Part shown: positions 48,024-58,477 of the stretch, in pieces
How the letters are laid out: each line of letters starts with the position of its first letter
Numbering within the stretch: the first letter of the stretch is position 1
DNA from: Clostridia bacterium
GTDB taxonomy: Bacteria; Bacillota; Clostridia; Christensenellales; UBA1242
Reading direction: 5' to 3'
DNA length: 64,000 bases
Assembly (NCBI GenBank): GCA_041670165.1
Contig: JBAXZR010000003.1
Location: forward strand, 1 to 64,000
Program-made: the position numbers and the translations under genes
The notes under the pieces: generated by a model
The model's input: only the letters and a program-made list of their open reading frames with translations
Database searches by the model: none
What the model was told of the DNA's origin: nothing

Positions 48024-50213
48024 ATGAAGCTCGTTGTTATTGAAGGACCCGGAAAAAGAGAAACATTACAAAAATATTTAGGTGAAGATTATAAAGTTAT
48101 TGCATCAAAAGGACATGTTAGAGATTTGCCAAAAAATTCTTTTGGTGTAAATTTAAAAACATTCGAACCAATATATGAAATTTTGTCAGATAAAAAAGAA
48201 GTTGAAAAAGAACTTAAAACCATGGCAAAAAAAGCTTCTGAAGTTTTGATTGCAACCGACCCTGATAGAGAAGGAGAAGCAATTTCTTGGCATATTGCTC
48301 ACATTTTGGACATTGATCAAAAAGTTCCTTGCAGAATTGAATTTAATGAAATTTCAAAAGATGTTGTTCTTGCTGCACTTAAAAAACCAAGAACAATAAA
48401 CCTTAATCTTGTTGATGCTCAACAAGCTCGAAGAGTTCTTGACCGTATTGTTGGTTACAAGCTTTCACCAATTCTTGGCAAAAAAATTCGTTCAAAGCTT
48501 AGTGCTGGAAGAGTTCAATCTGTTGCACTAAAAATGATTGTTGAAAGAGAAAGAGAAGTTTTGAATTTTAAACCTGAAGAATACTGGAATATTTCAGCAA
48601 TTCTTTCAAAAAATGAAGGATTGAAATTTAAAGCAAATTTGACTCAAATTTCTGGAAAAAAAGCTAAAATAACAAACAAAGAACAAGCTGATGCTGTTGA
48701 AGAAGCAGTTAAAAATGCAAATTGGAAAGTTGTTAACATCAAAAAGACTCAAACAAAATCTCATGCGCCAGCTCCATTTATAACAAGTTCAATGCAACAA
48801 GACGCAATTAACAAACTTGGTATGAATTTGCAAAGAGTAAGCATGACCGCTCAACAATTATATGAAGGTGTTGAAATATCTGGTGAAGGTAAAACCGCCT
48901 TAATAACTTACATAAGAACTGATAGCACAAGAATAAGCGAAACGGCTCAAACTCAAGCAAAAGAACATATAATAAAAACTTTTGGAAAAGAATTTGCTCC
49001 TGCCAAGTTTAATAATTATGTTGCCAAAAAAAGTGCTCAAGACGCCCATGAAGCAATTAGACCAATTCATGTTGATATAGCTCCTGAAAGCGTTGAAGGC
49101 AAAATCTCTAATGATTGCTACAAACTATACAAGCTTATTTATGAAAGATTTTTAGCAAGTCAAATGAGTGAGGCTGTTTTCAACAATGTTAGTGTTGATA
49201 TTGAAGTAAATAACCACACTTTTAGAGCAACTGGAAAAACCCCAGTGTTTGCTGGATTTTTGGCTGTTTATCAAAATTATGAAGAAACTAACGATGAAGA
49301 AAAAGACCCTAAAATTCCTGCATTATCTGAAAACGATTTGCTTGTTAATCATGAACTTAAAAAAGAACAAAAATTCACAAAGCCACCTGCAAGATACACT
49401 GAAGGTACTCTTGTTGAGAGCATGGAAAAAGTTGGAATTGGCAGACCTGCCACATATGCTCCAACAATTACAACACTTGCTCAAAGAGAATATACAGACA
49501 AAGAAGGCAAGTATCTTAAACCAACTGAGCTTGGTATTACAGTTACAGATTATCTAGACGAACACTTTAAAAAGTTTATAAATGTTGAATTTACCGCAAA
49601 AATGGAAGGCTATCTTGATGAAATTGCTGAAGGTGAAAAGGATTGGAAAGCTTGGATTGAAAAATTTTGGCTTCAATTTTCACAAAGTTTGGAGCTTGCT
49701 GATGAAAATAGTAGCAGTTTAAAAGTTCCACCTATTGAAACTGACAAAAAATGTCCAAAATGTGGGGCGAATCTCTTTTTAAGAGAGGGAAGATTTGGAA
49801 AATTCTTGGCTTGTAGTGCTTTTCCTAAATGCAAATATACTGAAAAGCTTGAAAGTGAACAAGAAAAAGCTGAACCTAAACAAGAACCTGTTCTTAGCGA
49901 TGAAGTTTGTTCAAAATGTGGTGCAAAAATGTATATTAGGCAAGGAAAGTATGGTCCTTACCTTGCTTGTAGTGCTTTTCCTAAATGTAAAAACATTCAA
50001 CGCATAAAAAAAGTCACTGCCGATTCTAATAGTGATAAAAAAGATAATGAAAAAGAACAAAGTAAAACTCAATCAAAAGGTATTGACTCTGGAAAAAAAT
50101 GCTCCAAATGTGGTAAACCAATGATGATTAAAGAAGGAAGATACGGACAATTCCTTGCATGCAGTGGTTTTCCTAAATGCAGAAATATAGAAAAAATAGA
50201 AAAGGGAAATTAA
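48024..50213 (+). CDS. topA: DNA topoisomerase I with three C-terminal C4 zinc ribbons
   Basis: TOPRIM EGPGKRETL, active-site Tyr region, three CxxC...CxxC ribbons. Confidence 0.93.
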   Translation: MKLVVIEGPGKRETLQKYLGEDYKVIASKGHVRDLPKNSFGVNLKTFEPIYEILSDKKEVEKELKTMAKKASEVLIATDPDREGEAISWHIAHILDIDQKVPCRIEFNEISKDVVLAALKKPRTINLNLVDAQQARRVLDRIVGYKLSPILGKKIRSKLSAGRVQSVALKMIVEREREVLNFKPEEYWNISAILSKNEGLKFKANLTQISGKKAKITNKEQADAVEEAVKNANWKVVNIKKTQTKSHAPAPFITSSMQQDAINKLGMNLQRVSMTAQQLYEGVEISGEGKTALITYIRTDSTRISETAQTQAKEHIIKTFGKEFAPAKFNNYVAKKSAQDAHEAIRPIHVDIAPESVEGKISNDCYKLYKLIYERFLASQMSEAVFNNVSVDIEVNNHTFRATGKTPVFAGFLAVYQNYEETNDEEKDPKIPALSENDLLVNHELKKEQKFTKPPARYTEGTLVESMEKVGIGRPATYAPTITTLAQREYTDKEGKYLKPTELGITVTDYLDEHFKKFINVEFTAKMEGYLDEIAEGEKDWKAWIEKFWLQFSQSLELADENSSSLKVPPIETDKKCPKCGANLFLREGRFGKFLACSAFPKCKYTEKLESEQEKAEPKQEPVLSDEVCSKCGAKMYIRQGKYGPYLACSAFPKCKNIQRIKKVTADSNSDKKDNEKEQSKTQSKGIDSGKKCSKCGKPMMIKEGRYGQFLACSGFPKCRNIEKIEKGN

Positions 50214-51538
50214 TGAGTTTCGAAATGAAAGCTGTTGTTATTGGTGCAGGACTTGCTGGAAGTGAATCAGCTTATTTTCTTGCTGAGCATGGTGTGAAAG
50301 TTACTCTGATTGAAATGAAACCACAAAAGAAAACTCCTGCACACAAAAATGATCTTTTTGGTGAGCTTGTTTGTAGCAATTCGCTAAAAAGTGAAGATGA
50401 GCTTACGGCAAGTGGACTATTAAAAAAAGAACTTGAAATCCTTGATTGCTTTCTTTTGAAATGTGCAATTTCTTCAAGAGTGCCTGCTGGTGGAGCACTA
50501 GCTGTAGATAGAGAAATTTTTGCAAAAACGATTACTGATAAATTAAAAACACACCCAAATATTACAATTATTCAAAAAGAGCAAGAAGACCTTGATTTTT
50601 CTTGCCCTGTAATTTTGGCAACTGGTCCATTAACTGATGGAAAAATTAAAGAAGCACTTGGAAAAATTATTGGAAATAATAATTTGTTTTTCTATGATGC
50701 CATTGCACCTATTGTTGAATCCAGTTCAGTAGATATGGATTTTGCTTTTTGGGGAAATCGTTATGACAAAGGTGGAGAGGCAGGAGATTATATCAATTGC
50801 CCCATGAACAAAGAAGAGTTTAACAATTTTTATACTGAACTAATAAAAGCAAAAACAGTGCCGCTTAAAGAATTTGAAGAATTAAAAGTTTTTGAAGGCT
50901 GTATGCCAGTTGAACAGATTGCTTTGCGTGGTTTTCAGTGTTTAAGATTTGGACCAATGAAACCTGTTGGATTGTTTTATGAAAAAGAAAATAGAATGCC
51001 TTGGGCAGCAGTTCAACTTAGAAAGGAAAACACTCAAGGCACAACATTTAATCTTGTTGGTTTTCAAACAAATTTAACATTTGGTGAACAAAAAAGAATT
51101 TTTTCAATGATTCCTGCATTAAAGAATGCGGAATTTGTTAGATATGGAGTTATGCATAGAAATTCATATTTAAATGCTCCACTTTCTTTAACTCATTTTT
51201 CTTCTCTTAAAAATTCTCCAAACATTTTTGTTGCAGGGCAACTGTCTGGCGTTGAAGGATATATGGAAAGCATTGCTAGTGGACTTTTTTGTGCTATTAA
51301 TGTTCTTAAAACTTTGCAAGAAAAACCTCTTTTTGTTCCAAGTTCAAAAACTTGTTTTGGAGCTTTGTTCAATGAAATATCTTCTGAAGTAAAGAAAAAT
51401 TTTCAACCAGTAAATGCAAATTATGGAATTATGAATATGCCTGACAACAAATTTCCATCAAAAAATGAAAAAAGAAAAAAAATATTGGAAGAATCATTAT
51501 TTGAAATTAATGTTTACAAAGAGAATATTGAAAAATAG
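50213..51538 (+). CDS. trmFO: Methylenetetrahydrofolate--tRNA-(uracil54-C5)-methyltransferase TrmFO (Gid)
   Basis: FAD-binding GAGLAGSE and TrmFO-specific core. ATG overlaps the topA stop by 1 nt. Confidence 0.88.
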   Translation: MSFEMKAVVIGAGLAGSESAYFLAEHGVKVTLIEMKPQKKTPAHKNDLFGELVCSNSLKSEDELTASGLLKKELEILDCFLLKCAISSRVPAGGALAVDREIFAKTITDKLKTHPNITIIQKEQEDLDFSCPVILATGPLTDGKIKEALGKIIGNNNLFFYDAIAPIVESSSVDMDFAFWGNRYDKGGEAGDYINCPMNKEEFNNFYTELIKAKTVPLKEFEELKVFEGCMPVEQIALRGFQCLRFGPMKPVGLFYEKENRMPWAAVQLRKENTQGTTFNLVGFQTNLTFGEQKRIFSMIPALKNAEFVRYGVMHRNSYLNAPLSLTHFSSLKNSPNIFVAGQLSGVEGYMESIASGLFCAINVLKTLQEKPLFVPSSKTCFGALFNEISSEVKKNFQPVNANYGIMNMPDNKFPSKNEKRKKILEESLFEINVYKENIEK

Positions 51539-51685
51539 AATAAAAATTCTAATAAATAAATTGAAGTTATTTGCAAAAAAATTTGATTTGTGTTAGACTC
51601 AAAAAGTCTAAAAAAGTAAAATTCTCATTATTATCAACTTGTTTTTTATTAAAGAATGTTTTTAGATTATTATTTGGAGGTAAAA

Positions 51686-52065
51686 TGAATTTAATTGGGA
51701 CTGTTGAATTATCTACACCAAAAAAAGCAGTAGTATTACTTGAAGAAGAAAAAACTGAAAATGGTTTGCCACAAGTAAAAAGAATTGAATGTGAAAATCA
51801 AATTCTCGCTGAAATTGGAAATAAAGTAAGTTTGGAGTGTGTTACTCATAGCAATGATAAATTTCAATTTATAGTAAGATTCATTCCTCTTGTTTTAATT
51901 TTGGCAGGAATTTTTCTTAGTCTTTTAGCAAGCGAAGAAATTGTTCGTTTTGCAATTATTGTTGCTGGAGCATTTGTTGGATTTTTAATTTCTTGGATTT
52001 TGGTAATAATTTTGAACTCAAAATCAAAGACTATTTATAAAATTGAAAAAATTTTGGAGGAGTAA
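51686..52065 (+). CDS. RseC/MucC-like small membrane protein (soluble N-domain + two TM helices)
   Basis: Architecture and size. RBS tggaggt before ATG 51686. Confidence 0.45.
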
Positions 52066-52068
52066 TGT

Positions 52069-52380
52069 ATGAAAATTTTGTCATCTAAAGAATTCGAAGA
52101 AAAAATTAAGGAAGAAAATAAAGTTGTACTTGTAGATTTTTTTGCTACATGGTGTGGACCATGCAAAATGCTTGCACCTTTGCTTGAACAAGCAAGCCAT
52201 GAGCTTAAAGAAAATCAAGAAATATACAAACTAGACATTGATGAGTCTTTGGACATTGCTAAAAAGTTTGGAGTTATGAGCGTTCCTACAATGATAATCT
52301 TTAAAGATGGAAAAGAAGTAAATAGAGTGGTTGGACTTCGCCAAAAAGCTCAAATATTGGAAGCAATTAACAAATTCTAA
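52069..52380 (+). CDS. trxA: Thioredoxin
   Basis: WCGPC active site. 103 aa. Confidence 0.93.
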   Translation: MKILSSKEFEEKIKEENKVVLVDFFATWCGPCKMLAPLLEQASHELKENQEIYKLDIDESLDIAKKFGVMSVPTMIIFKDGKEVNRVVGLRQKAQILEAINKF

Positions 52381-52402
52381 TTAAAGTAAAATTTCACATG
52401 TT

Positions 52403-52433
52403 AAAAAAAATGCCTTTTTTAAGGCATTTTTTT
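52403..52433 (+). terminator. Rho-independent terminator after trxA
   Basis: aaatgcctt-tttt-aaggcattt hairpin followed by a T-run. Confidence 0.7.
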
Positions 52434-52555
52434 AACAATGTTATATAAACTTAAGAAATTAGATTAAAAATAAACAAATTATATAAATTTTTACTTAACT
52501 GTAATTAATTTTATTTGTTTATTTAATTATAGATTTTTCTACATAGTAAATTATT

Positions 52556-53968
52556 TTAAATTACAAGAGCTTTAAGACTATTTGTAAGCCCAGAAGTTAC
52601 ACCAAGAATTCCACTTGCTATAACAATTGTATCTCCAGACTTTGCATAACCACTTTCAATTGATTTTTGCTTTGAAAATTCAATCATTTCAATTTCAGTT
52701 TGAATAACTTTTCCCTTAATTGGAGTTGTTCCCCAGCTTAGTCCAAGTTTTTGAAATGTGCTTTCATGTGCAGTTATTCCAAGAATTGGAATGGGGCATT
52801 TAAGTTTTGCAATTTGATTAACAGTTTCACCGCTATTTGTGAAAGCAATAATGAGTTTTGCATTTAAAATTTGGGCAGTGTTTACAACAGAATTTGATAT
52901 TGCGTTTGTGAAATTTGGAAACATTGTTTCTCTTGTTGCAAATCTTTTTGAATAAGAAATATTTTCCTCAGTTTCTTTAATGATTTTTTTCATCATATCA
53001 ACAACCATTTCGGGGTGTTTTCCAACTGCAGTTTCACCACTTAACATAACTGAAGTCGCTTCATCGTATATTGCGTTTGCGACATCACTAACTTCAGCTC
53101 TTGTTGGTCTTAGATTTTCTGTCATGCTTTCAAGCATTTCAGTTGCAACAATAACAATTTTACCGTGTTTATTGCATTTTCTAATGATGTTTTTTTGTAT
53201 TGCAGGCAATTTTTCTGCAGGTAATTCAACACCCATATCACCTCTGGCTATCATTACACCATCACTTTCTAAAATTATTGAATCAATATTTTCAACACCA
53301 CTATTGTTTTCAATTTTGGAAATAATAGAAATTTTTTCCCCACCATTTTCTTTTAAAAACTTTCTTAGTTCAAGAACATTTTCATTGTTTGAAATGAAAC
53401 TTGCAGCAATAAATTCAACTTCATTCTTAATTGCTAAGGACAAATCATTTTTATCTTTTTCGCTTAGGTATGGACCGCTAGGCACAACCCCAGGGACATT
53501 AAGACCTTTGTTGTTTGTGAGTTTTCCACCTGACAAAACTTTGCAAATAATATCAGTTTTTGTTATTTGTTCAACCTCTAAAGAGAGCATTCCATTGTTT
53601 GCAAAAATCAAGTTTCCTATGTTGATTTTTTCAATGAGTGGTTTGTAGGCAAGTGAAACTTCTTTTTCGTTTCCATTTATTTCTCTTGTAGTCAAAGAAA
53701 ATGATTGTCCGTTTTCAAGAAACACTCCGTCATTTTCAAATGTTTTAATTCTCATTTCAGGCCCTTTTGTGTCAATAATAATAGGCAAAGAAACACCAAG
53801 TTCTTCACGAATTTTTTTTATTAGGCTAATGTTTTTTTGATGAGATTCGATCGTTCCATGGCTCATGTTCAGCCTTGCTGAATTCATTCCATTTTTGACA
53901 AGCTCAATTAGTTTTTCTTTTGTGTCGCAAGAAGGTCCAATTGTGCAAATAATTCTTGATTTATTCAT
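52556..53968 (-). CDS. pyk: Pyruvate kinase
   Basis: N-terminus MNKSRIICTIGPSCDT..., MVARGDMGVELP and PK barrel domain. 470 aa. Confidence 0.93.
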   Translation of the reverse strand: MNKSRIICTIGPSCDTKEKLIELVKNGMNSARLNMSHGTIESHQKNISLIKKIREELGVSLPIIIDTKGPEMRIKTFENDGVFLENGQSFSLTTREINGNEKEVSLAYKPLIEKINIGNLIFANNGMLSLEVEQITKTDIICKVLSGGKLTNNKGLNVPGVVPSGPYLSEKDKNDLSLAIKNEVEFIAASFISNNENVLELRKFLKENGGEKISIISKIENNSGVENIDSIILESDGVMIARGDMGVELPAEKLPAIQKNIIRKCNKHGKIVIVATEMLESMTENLRPTRAEVSDVANAIYDEATSVMLSGETAVGKHPEMVVDMMKKIIKETEENISYSKRFATRETMFPNFTNAISNSVVNTAQILNAKLIIAFTNSGETVNQIAKLKCPIPILGITAHESTFQKLGLSWGTTPIKGKVIQTEIEMIEFSKQKSIESGYAKSGDTIVIASGILGVTSGLTNSLKALVI

Positions 53969-54095
53969 AAATTTCCTCTTGGTTTTAGTTTATTTCAAAA
54001 TGATAAATTAATCAAATGAAATAGAAGAATATTTTGTGTTTGCTTGCTTGACTAGAATATTTATTTGTCATACAATTAAAAAATAGGAGAGCAAC

Positions 54096-55577
54096 ATGAA
54101 TATTGGTTTTGATAATGACAAATATATAAAAATGCAGTCCGAAAAAATTTTGGAAAGAATTAAAAAATATGACAAATTATATTTGGAATTTGGCGGAAAA
54201 ATTTTTGATGATTTGCATGCTGAAAGAGTACTCCCCGGATATGATGCATCAAACAAAATTAACATTTTAAAAAAGCTTAGTTCTGATATGGAAATTTTTC
54301 TTGTTGTCAGTGCCATTGACATAGAAAAAAACAAAATTCGTGCTGATTTTGGCATAACATATGACATGGAAGTGCTAAGACTCATGGATAATCTTCGTGA
54401 GCAAGGATTGACTGTAAGCACTGTTGTTATAACTTTGTTTGAAGGGCAACAAGCAGCAAAAACTTTTGCAAACAAACTTGAACAAAGAGGAGAAAAAGTA
54501 TATTTCCACAAATTTACAAAAGGTTATCCGTCAGATATAAACTCAATAGTAAGTGATGAAGGCTATGGAGCAAATCCATTTATTCCTTCAACGAAAAAAC
54601 TTATTGTTGTTGCTGCACCTGGACCAGCAAGTGGAAAACTTGCAACATGTCTTTCTCAAATATATCATGAACATAAAGTAGGAGTGAAAGCAGGCTATTC
54701 AAAATTTGAAACATTTCCTGTTTGGAATTTGTCTCTTGAACACCCAGTTAACTATGCTTATGAAGCTGCAACGGCAGAGTTGAAAGATGAAAATGTTTTA
54801 GATCCATTTCATTTTGCAAAATATGGAAAAGTTGCAATAAACTACAACAGAGATGTTGAACTTTTTCCAGTTGTAAAAAAAATATTAAGCAAAATTCTTA
54901 AATCTGAAGAAGAATACAGTTCCCCAACGGACATGGGCGTGAACATGGTTGGATATGCGATATCAAACGATGAGCTTTGCAAAGAAGCAGCAAGACAAGA
55001 AATTGTTAGAAGATATTATAGAATCAAAGTAAATTTCAAAAAGGGTTTGGTTGCAAGAGATACTGTTGATAGAATTGAATTTATAATGGAGAAAGCTGAA
55101 CTATCAACAAACATAAGAGCAGTTGTTGCAAAGGCAAATGATTTAGCTAGAGAAACGGGAAACCCTTGTGTTGCTCTTGAGCTCCCTAATGGAAAAATTA
55201 TCACAGGAAGAACAAAAGAACTTCTTGGTTCTTGTGCTGCTTGTGCACTTAATGCGGCAAAAGAGATTGCAGGCATAAGTGATGACACACTGCTAATTTC
55301 ACCAGAAATTCTTTATCCAATACTAAGTCTTAAAAAAGAAACTTTTGGAATAAAGATGGGAGTACTAAGTTTAAAAGATATAATGTTTGCTCTTTCAATT
55401 TGTGCAAGAACTGACAAAAACGCATCAAAAGCTCTTGAAGCTATTAAAGAATTAAAAAACTGTGAGGCTCATTCATCTAACATACTTAATCCATCTGATG
55501 AAGATACCATGAGAAAACTTAAAATTAATATGACAAGTGAACCAGTTTTCTTGTCAAAAAATCTATTTGAAATTTAA
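54096..55577 (+). CDS. UPF0371/DUF1846 family protein
   Basis: N-terminus MNIGFDNDKYIKMQSEKILERI. Length ~490 aa is typical of the family. Confidence 0.7.
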   Translation: MNIGFDNDKYIKMQSEKILERIKKYDKLYLEFGGKIFDDLHAERVLPGYDASNKINILKKLSSDMEIFLVVSAIDIEKNKIRADFGITYDMEVLRLMDNLREQGLTVSTVVITLFEGQQAAKTFANKLEQRGEKVYFHKFTKGYPSDINSIVSDEGYGANPFIPSTKKLIVVAAPGPASGKLATCLSQIYHEHKVGVKAGYSKFETFPVWNLSLEHPVNYAYEAATAELKDENVLDPFHFAKYGKVAINYNRDVELFPVVKKILSKILKSEEEYSSPTDMGVNMVGYAISNDELCKEAARQEIVRRYYRIKVNFKKGLVARDTVDRIEFIMEKAELSTNIRAVVAKANDLARETGNPCVALELPNGKIITGRTKELLGSCAACALNAAKEIAGISDDTLLISPEILYPILSLKKETFGIKMGVLSLKDIMFALSICARTDKNASKALEAIKELKNCEAHSSNILNPSDEDTMRKLKINMTSEPVFLSKNLFEI

Positions 55578-55763
55578 TTAATATTTTTCTAAATCTTAAT
55601 TGAAAAAACATTTATTTGATAATAGTTTTTAAATTATTGTTATTTCAATGAAAAATCAATTTTTAGTATTAAACTAATTTAAAAACAAAAATAAATACAA
55701 TTATTTATTTAAAAAGATTAATAAAAAGTGTCAATTTTGATTACAATTAAAATCATACTTCAT

Positions 55764-55796
55764 AAAAAAAACAGATATTAAACATCTGTTTTTTTA
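55764..55796. terminator. Bidirectional rho-independent terminator (A7, acagat-attaaac-atctgt, T7) serving DUF1846 (+) and mscL (-)
   Basis: Direct reading. Loop overlaps the mscL stop codon. Confidence 0.6.
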
Positions 55797-56320
55797 ATTT
55801 TTGTTTTTTTGATTTTCAAGGTTTTTTCATTTTCTTTTAATAAATCACGAATTTCTGTGAGAAGTGCTTCAGTTTTTGAACTTAATTGTTCTTTGTTTTC
55901 GGAATGTTCATTTTTAATTTCACTAACATCTTTTGAAATCTTGTCAATTTTTTTTCTAAAAATTAAACTTTTTATTCCACCATATTTGTTTAATAAATCA
56001 ATTTTTTCTTGACTTTTTTTAATAAATTTGAAGAACAAAAAGATAAAAAACGCGATGATGAAAAATTGAAAAACATTTTGGAGAAATATTCCATAATTGA
56101 ATGTTATTGCTGGACTTGTTTCTGTTTCAGCTTTCAAAACAATTTTAAGAGTTGAAAATTGGTCTTTTCCAAACAAATAGCTCAGTAAGGGCATTATTAA
56201 ATCATCAACAAGGCTTGTGGCGATTTTACCAAATGCTGTTCCAACTGTTACGGCAATTGCAAGACTAAATATATTACTCTCTTTAATAAATTTTTTAAAA
56301 TCAACAGTGAATTTTGACAT
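55778..56320 (-). CDS. mscL: Large-conductance mechanosensitive channel MscL with a ~45-aa C-terminal extension
   Basis: FKKFIKESNIFSLAIAVTVGTAFGKIATSLVDDLIMPLL and YGIFLQNVFQFFIIAFFIF match MscL TM1/TM2. RBS aagagga. Confidence 0.88.
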   Translation of the reverse strand: MSKFTVDFKKFIKESNIFSLAIAVTVGTAFGKIATSLVDDLIMPLLSYLFGKDQFSTLKIVLKAETETSPAITFNYGIFLQNVFQFFIIAFFIFLFFKFIKKSQEKIDLLNKYGGIKSLIFRKKIDKISKDVSEIKNEHSENKEQLSSKTEALLTEIRDLLKENEKTLKIKKTKIKKTDV

Positions 56321-57513
56321 TAGTCCTCTTTGTTTATAGGTGGAAGCATTTCAAATACTTCTTTTATAACCTTTACCGCTTTGTCAATTTGTTCTCTTGT
56401 GTGAGTTGCTGTGTAAGAAGTTCTAAGTAGTGAACTTCCAATAGGTACGGCAGGGGAAACAACTGGATTAACATATACTCCCTTTTCAAGAAGAAGTTTG
56501 CAAGCTATAAATGTTCTTTCGTTTGTGCCAGTGTAGATTGGAATGATTGGGGCAATTCCTTCTCCGTGTTTTATTCCTGCTTCAGTCAACTTTTGACGCA
56601 TATATGCAGCAATATCTAATAGGTTTTTAACTCTTTCTGGTTCTCTTTTAAGAATTTCCAAGCTTTTTCTTGCACTTGCAACACTTGCTGGTGTCATACT
56701 TGCAGAAAAGATGAAAGGGCGTGATGTGTGTTTAACAAACTCAACAACTTCTTTTGATGCTGCCATGTAGCCACCAAGACTTGCAAGAGATTTTGAAAAT
56801 GTTCCCATGATGATATCTGTTTCTTTTTCAAGACCAAAATATTCAGCAGTTCCTCTTCCATGCTTTCCAAGGACACCAAGGGCATGAGAATCATCAACCA
56901 TTACACGAGCTCCATACTTTTTGGCAAGCTCAACAATTTTTGGAAGATTGCAAGCATCTCCACCCATTGAGAAAACACCATCAGTTACAATCAAAATGCC
57001 TTTCTCTGGTTCAACATTTTTAAGTAGTTCTTCAAGTTCTTCCATATTACTATGCTCATATCTTAACATTTTAGCAAAACTAAGTCTGCATGCATCATAA
57101 ATGCTTGCATGGTTTTCTTTATCGCAAATGATAATATCATTTCTTCCTGCAATGGCAGAAATTATTCCAAGGTTGGTTTGAAATCCTGTACTAATTGTGA
57201 GAACTGCTTCTTTGTGAAGAAATTCAGCTAATTCATTTTCTAATTGAAGGTGAGAAACAAGAGTTCCATTCAAAAATCTTGAACCACTGCAACCAGTTCC
57301 ATATTGTTTAACAGCTTCAATTGTTGCTTCAATAACTTCTGGGTGAGAAGTGAGTCCAAGATAGTTATTTGAACCAATCATAATTGTTTCTTTACCTTTC
57401 ATAACTACTTGTGTGTCTTGTTTTGATTCAAGTGCAGTAAAATATGGATAAAATCCACTATTTATAAGGTCTTTTGCAAGTGTGAATTCAGAACATTTTT
57501 TAAATAAATCCAT
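56320..57513 (-). CDS. PLP-dependent alpha-oxoamine synthase, serine-palmitoyltransferase-like (Kbl/BioF/SPT/ALAS family)
   Basis: GTFSKSLASLGG (PLP Lys), GTGCSGSRFLNGT, NHASIYDAC, RPFIFSASMTP, GVYVNPVVSPAVP. Start 57513 with RBS aaaggaag. Stop overlaps the mscL start by 1 nt. Confidence 0.8.
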   Translation of the reverse strand: MDLFKKCSEFTLAKDLINSGFYPYFTALESKQDTQVVMKGKETIMIGSNNYLGLTSHPEVIEATIEAVKQYGTGCSGSRFLNGTLVSHLQLENELAEFLHKEAVLTISTGFQTNLGIISAIAGRNDIIICDKENHASIYDACRLSFAKMLRYEHSNMEELEELLKNVEPEKGILIVTDGVFSMGGDACNLPKIVELAKKYGARVMVDDSHALGVLGKHGRGTAEYFGLEKETDIIMGTFSKSLASLGGYMAASKEVVEFVKHTSRPFIFSASMTPASVASARKSLEILKREPERVKNLLDIAAYMRQKLTEAGIKHGEGIAPIIPIYTGTNERTFIACKLLLEKGVYVNPVVSPAVPIGSSLLRTSYTATHTREQIDKAVKVIKEVFEMLPPINKED

Positions 57514-57721
57514 TTTTTTATACTTCCTTTTACGGAATAAATTGTATAACAATAAAAAATAAAAAGCAAACAAAATGATAAATTGTAAAAAAAATAATTA
57601 TAAAAAAATTTTGTTTTCATTAAATTATAATTCAAATAAATTTCCTATTTTTTATTCATTGACAATAAATTATTTCTTATGATACAATTTAAAAATTGAT
57701 GACTTTACAAAGGAGAATTTA

Positions 57722-58399
57722 ATGGAAAAGTTTGATGAAATATTAAACGAAGTCTTGGAAACAAACAAGGTTGTTGAAATTAATCTTGATACTTTAAGTA
57801 AAGAAAGCATGTTCAAATTGGGTATCATATTTGCTAGAGGCCAGCAAATTAAAATAGTAAATATAGATGAAGTTAATCAAAGGATTGAAGAAGAAAAGCA
57901 AAAATCTTACGCAAAATCTTTTAACATGATGGCAAAATATTGGCAAGACAACAAACTTTCAGCAAAACTTAGCACTCATGCATCTGACAAAAAAATTTTT
58001 ACAATTTGCCCTGTAAGAAATGCTACTAAAGAACAAATTGAAGCTATTAATAAAAGAATTTGTTGTCTTAAGAAAAAAGGTTACTTTGTTCACTATCCAG
58101 AAACGGATACAAATCAAAACCCTTATGTTAATGGTGTAAACACTGGCGGATATAATATTTGTCTACAAAATGCTCAGGCAATTTCGAACGCAAAAAACAT
58201 TTTTATTTTTTATGACAAAACAAGTTATGGCACAGTGTTTGATTTAGGTGTAGCTTATTATCTTCAAAAGGTATATTCAGATTTGAAATTTAAACTCTTA
58301 AATGAAAATGAATTTGTTTGTGATCCAAATGATTTTTCTTCAAAAGTGGTTAACAATTTAATTGGTCATAAAAAATCTGAAAAATCACAAGCTCTTTAA
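57722..58399 (+). CDS. Protein with a C-terminal nucleoside 2-deoxyribosyltransferase-like (NDT/Rcl-fold) domain and an unknown N-terminal ~100 aa
   Basis: KIFTICPV....E........L...G..V..P...........GGYNICLQNAQAISNAKNIFIFYDKTSYGTVFDLGVAYYL matches the NDT-like G..D.GT.FE.G.A.. pattern. RBS aaaggag. Confidence 0.5.
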   Translation: MEKFDEILNEVLETNKVVEINLDTLSKESMFKLGIIFARGQQIKIVNIDEVNQRIEEEKQKSYAKSFNMMAKYWQDNKLSAKLSTHASDKKIFTICPVRNATKEQIEAINKRICCLKKKGYFVHYPETDTNQNPYVNGVNTGGYNICLQNAQAISNAKNIFIFYDKTSYGTVFDLGVAYYLQKVYSDLKFKLLNENEFVCDPNDFSSKVVNNLIGHKKSEKSQAL

Positions 58400-58403
58400 A
58401 AAC

Positions 58404-58437
58404 AAAAAAAGATGTGCAAAAATACGCATCTTTTTTT
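58404..58437. terminator. Bidirectional terminator between convergent genes
   Basis: A-run, gatgtg-c aaaaata-cgcatc hairpin, T7. Confidence 0.5.
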
Positions 58438-58477
58438 ATTTTTGATTAAAACTTCCTAAAAAAATTATTTTGCTCAT

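Noticed and set aside
56320-57573. Longer start (MFAFYFLLLYNLF...) for the alpha-oxoamine synthase, and annotation as Kbl/BioF
   Set aside because: The upstream 20 codons have no RBS, whereas ATG 57513 follows aaaggaag. Motifs fit SPT-type better than Kbl or BioF, but only phylogeny can settle this.
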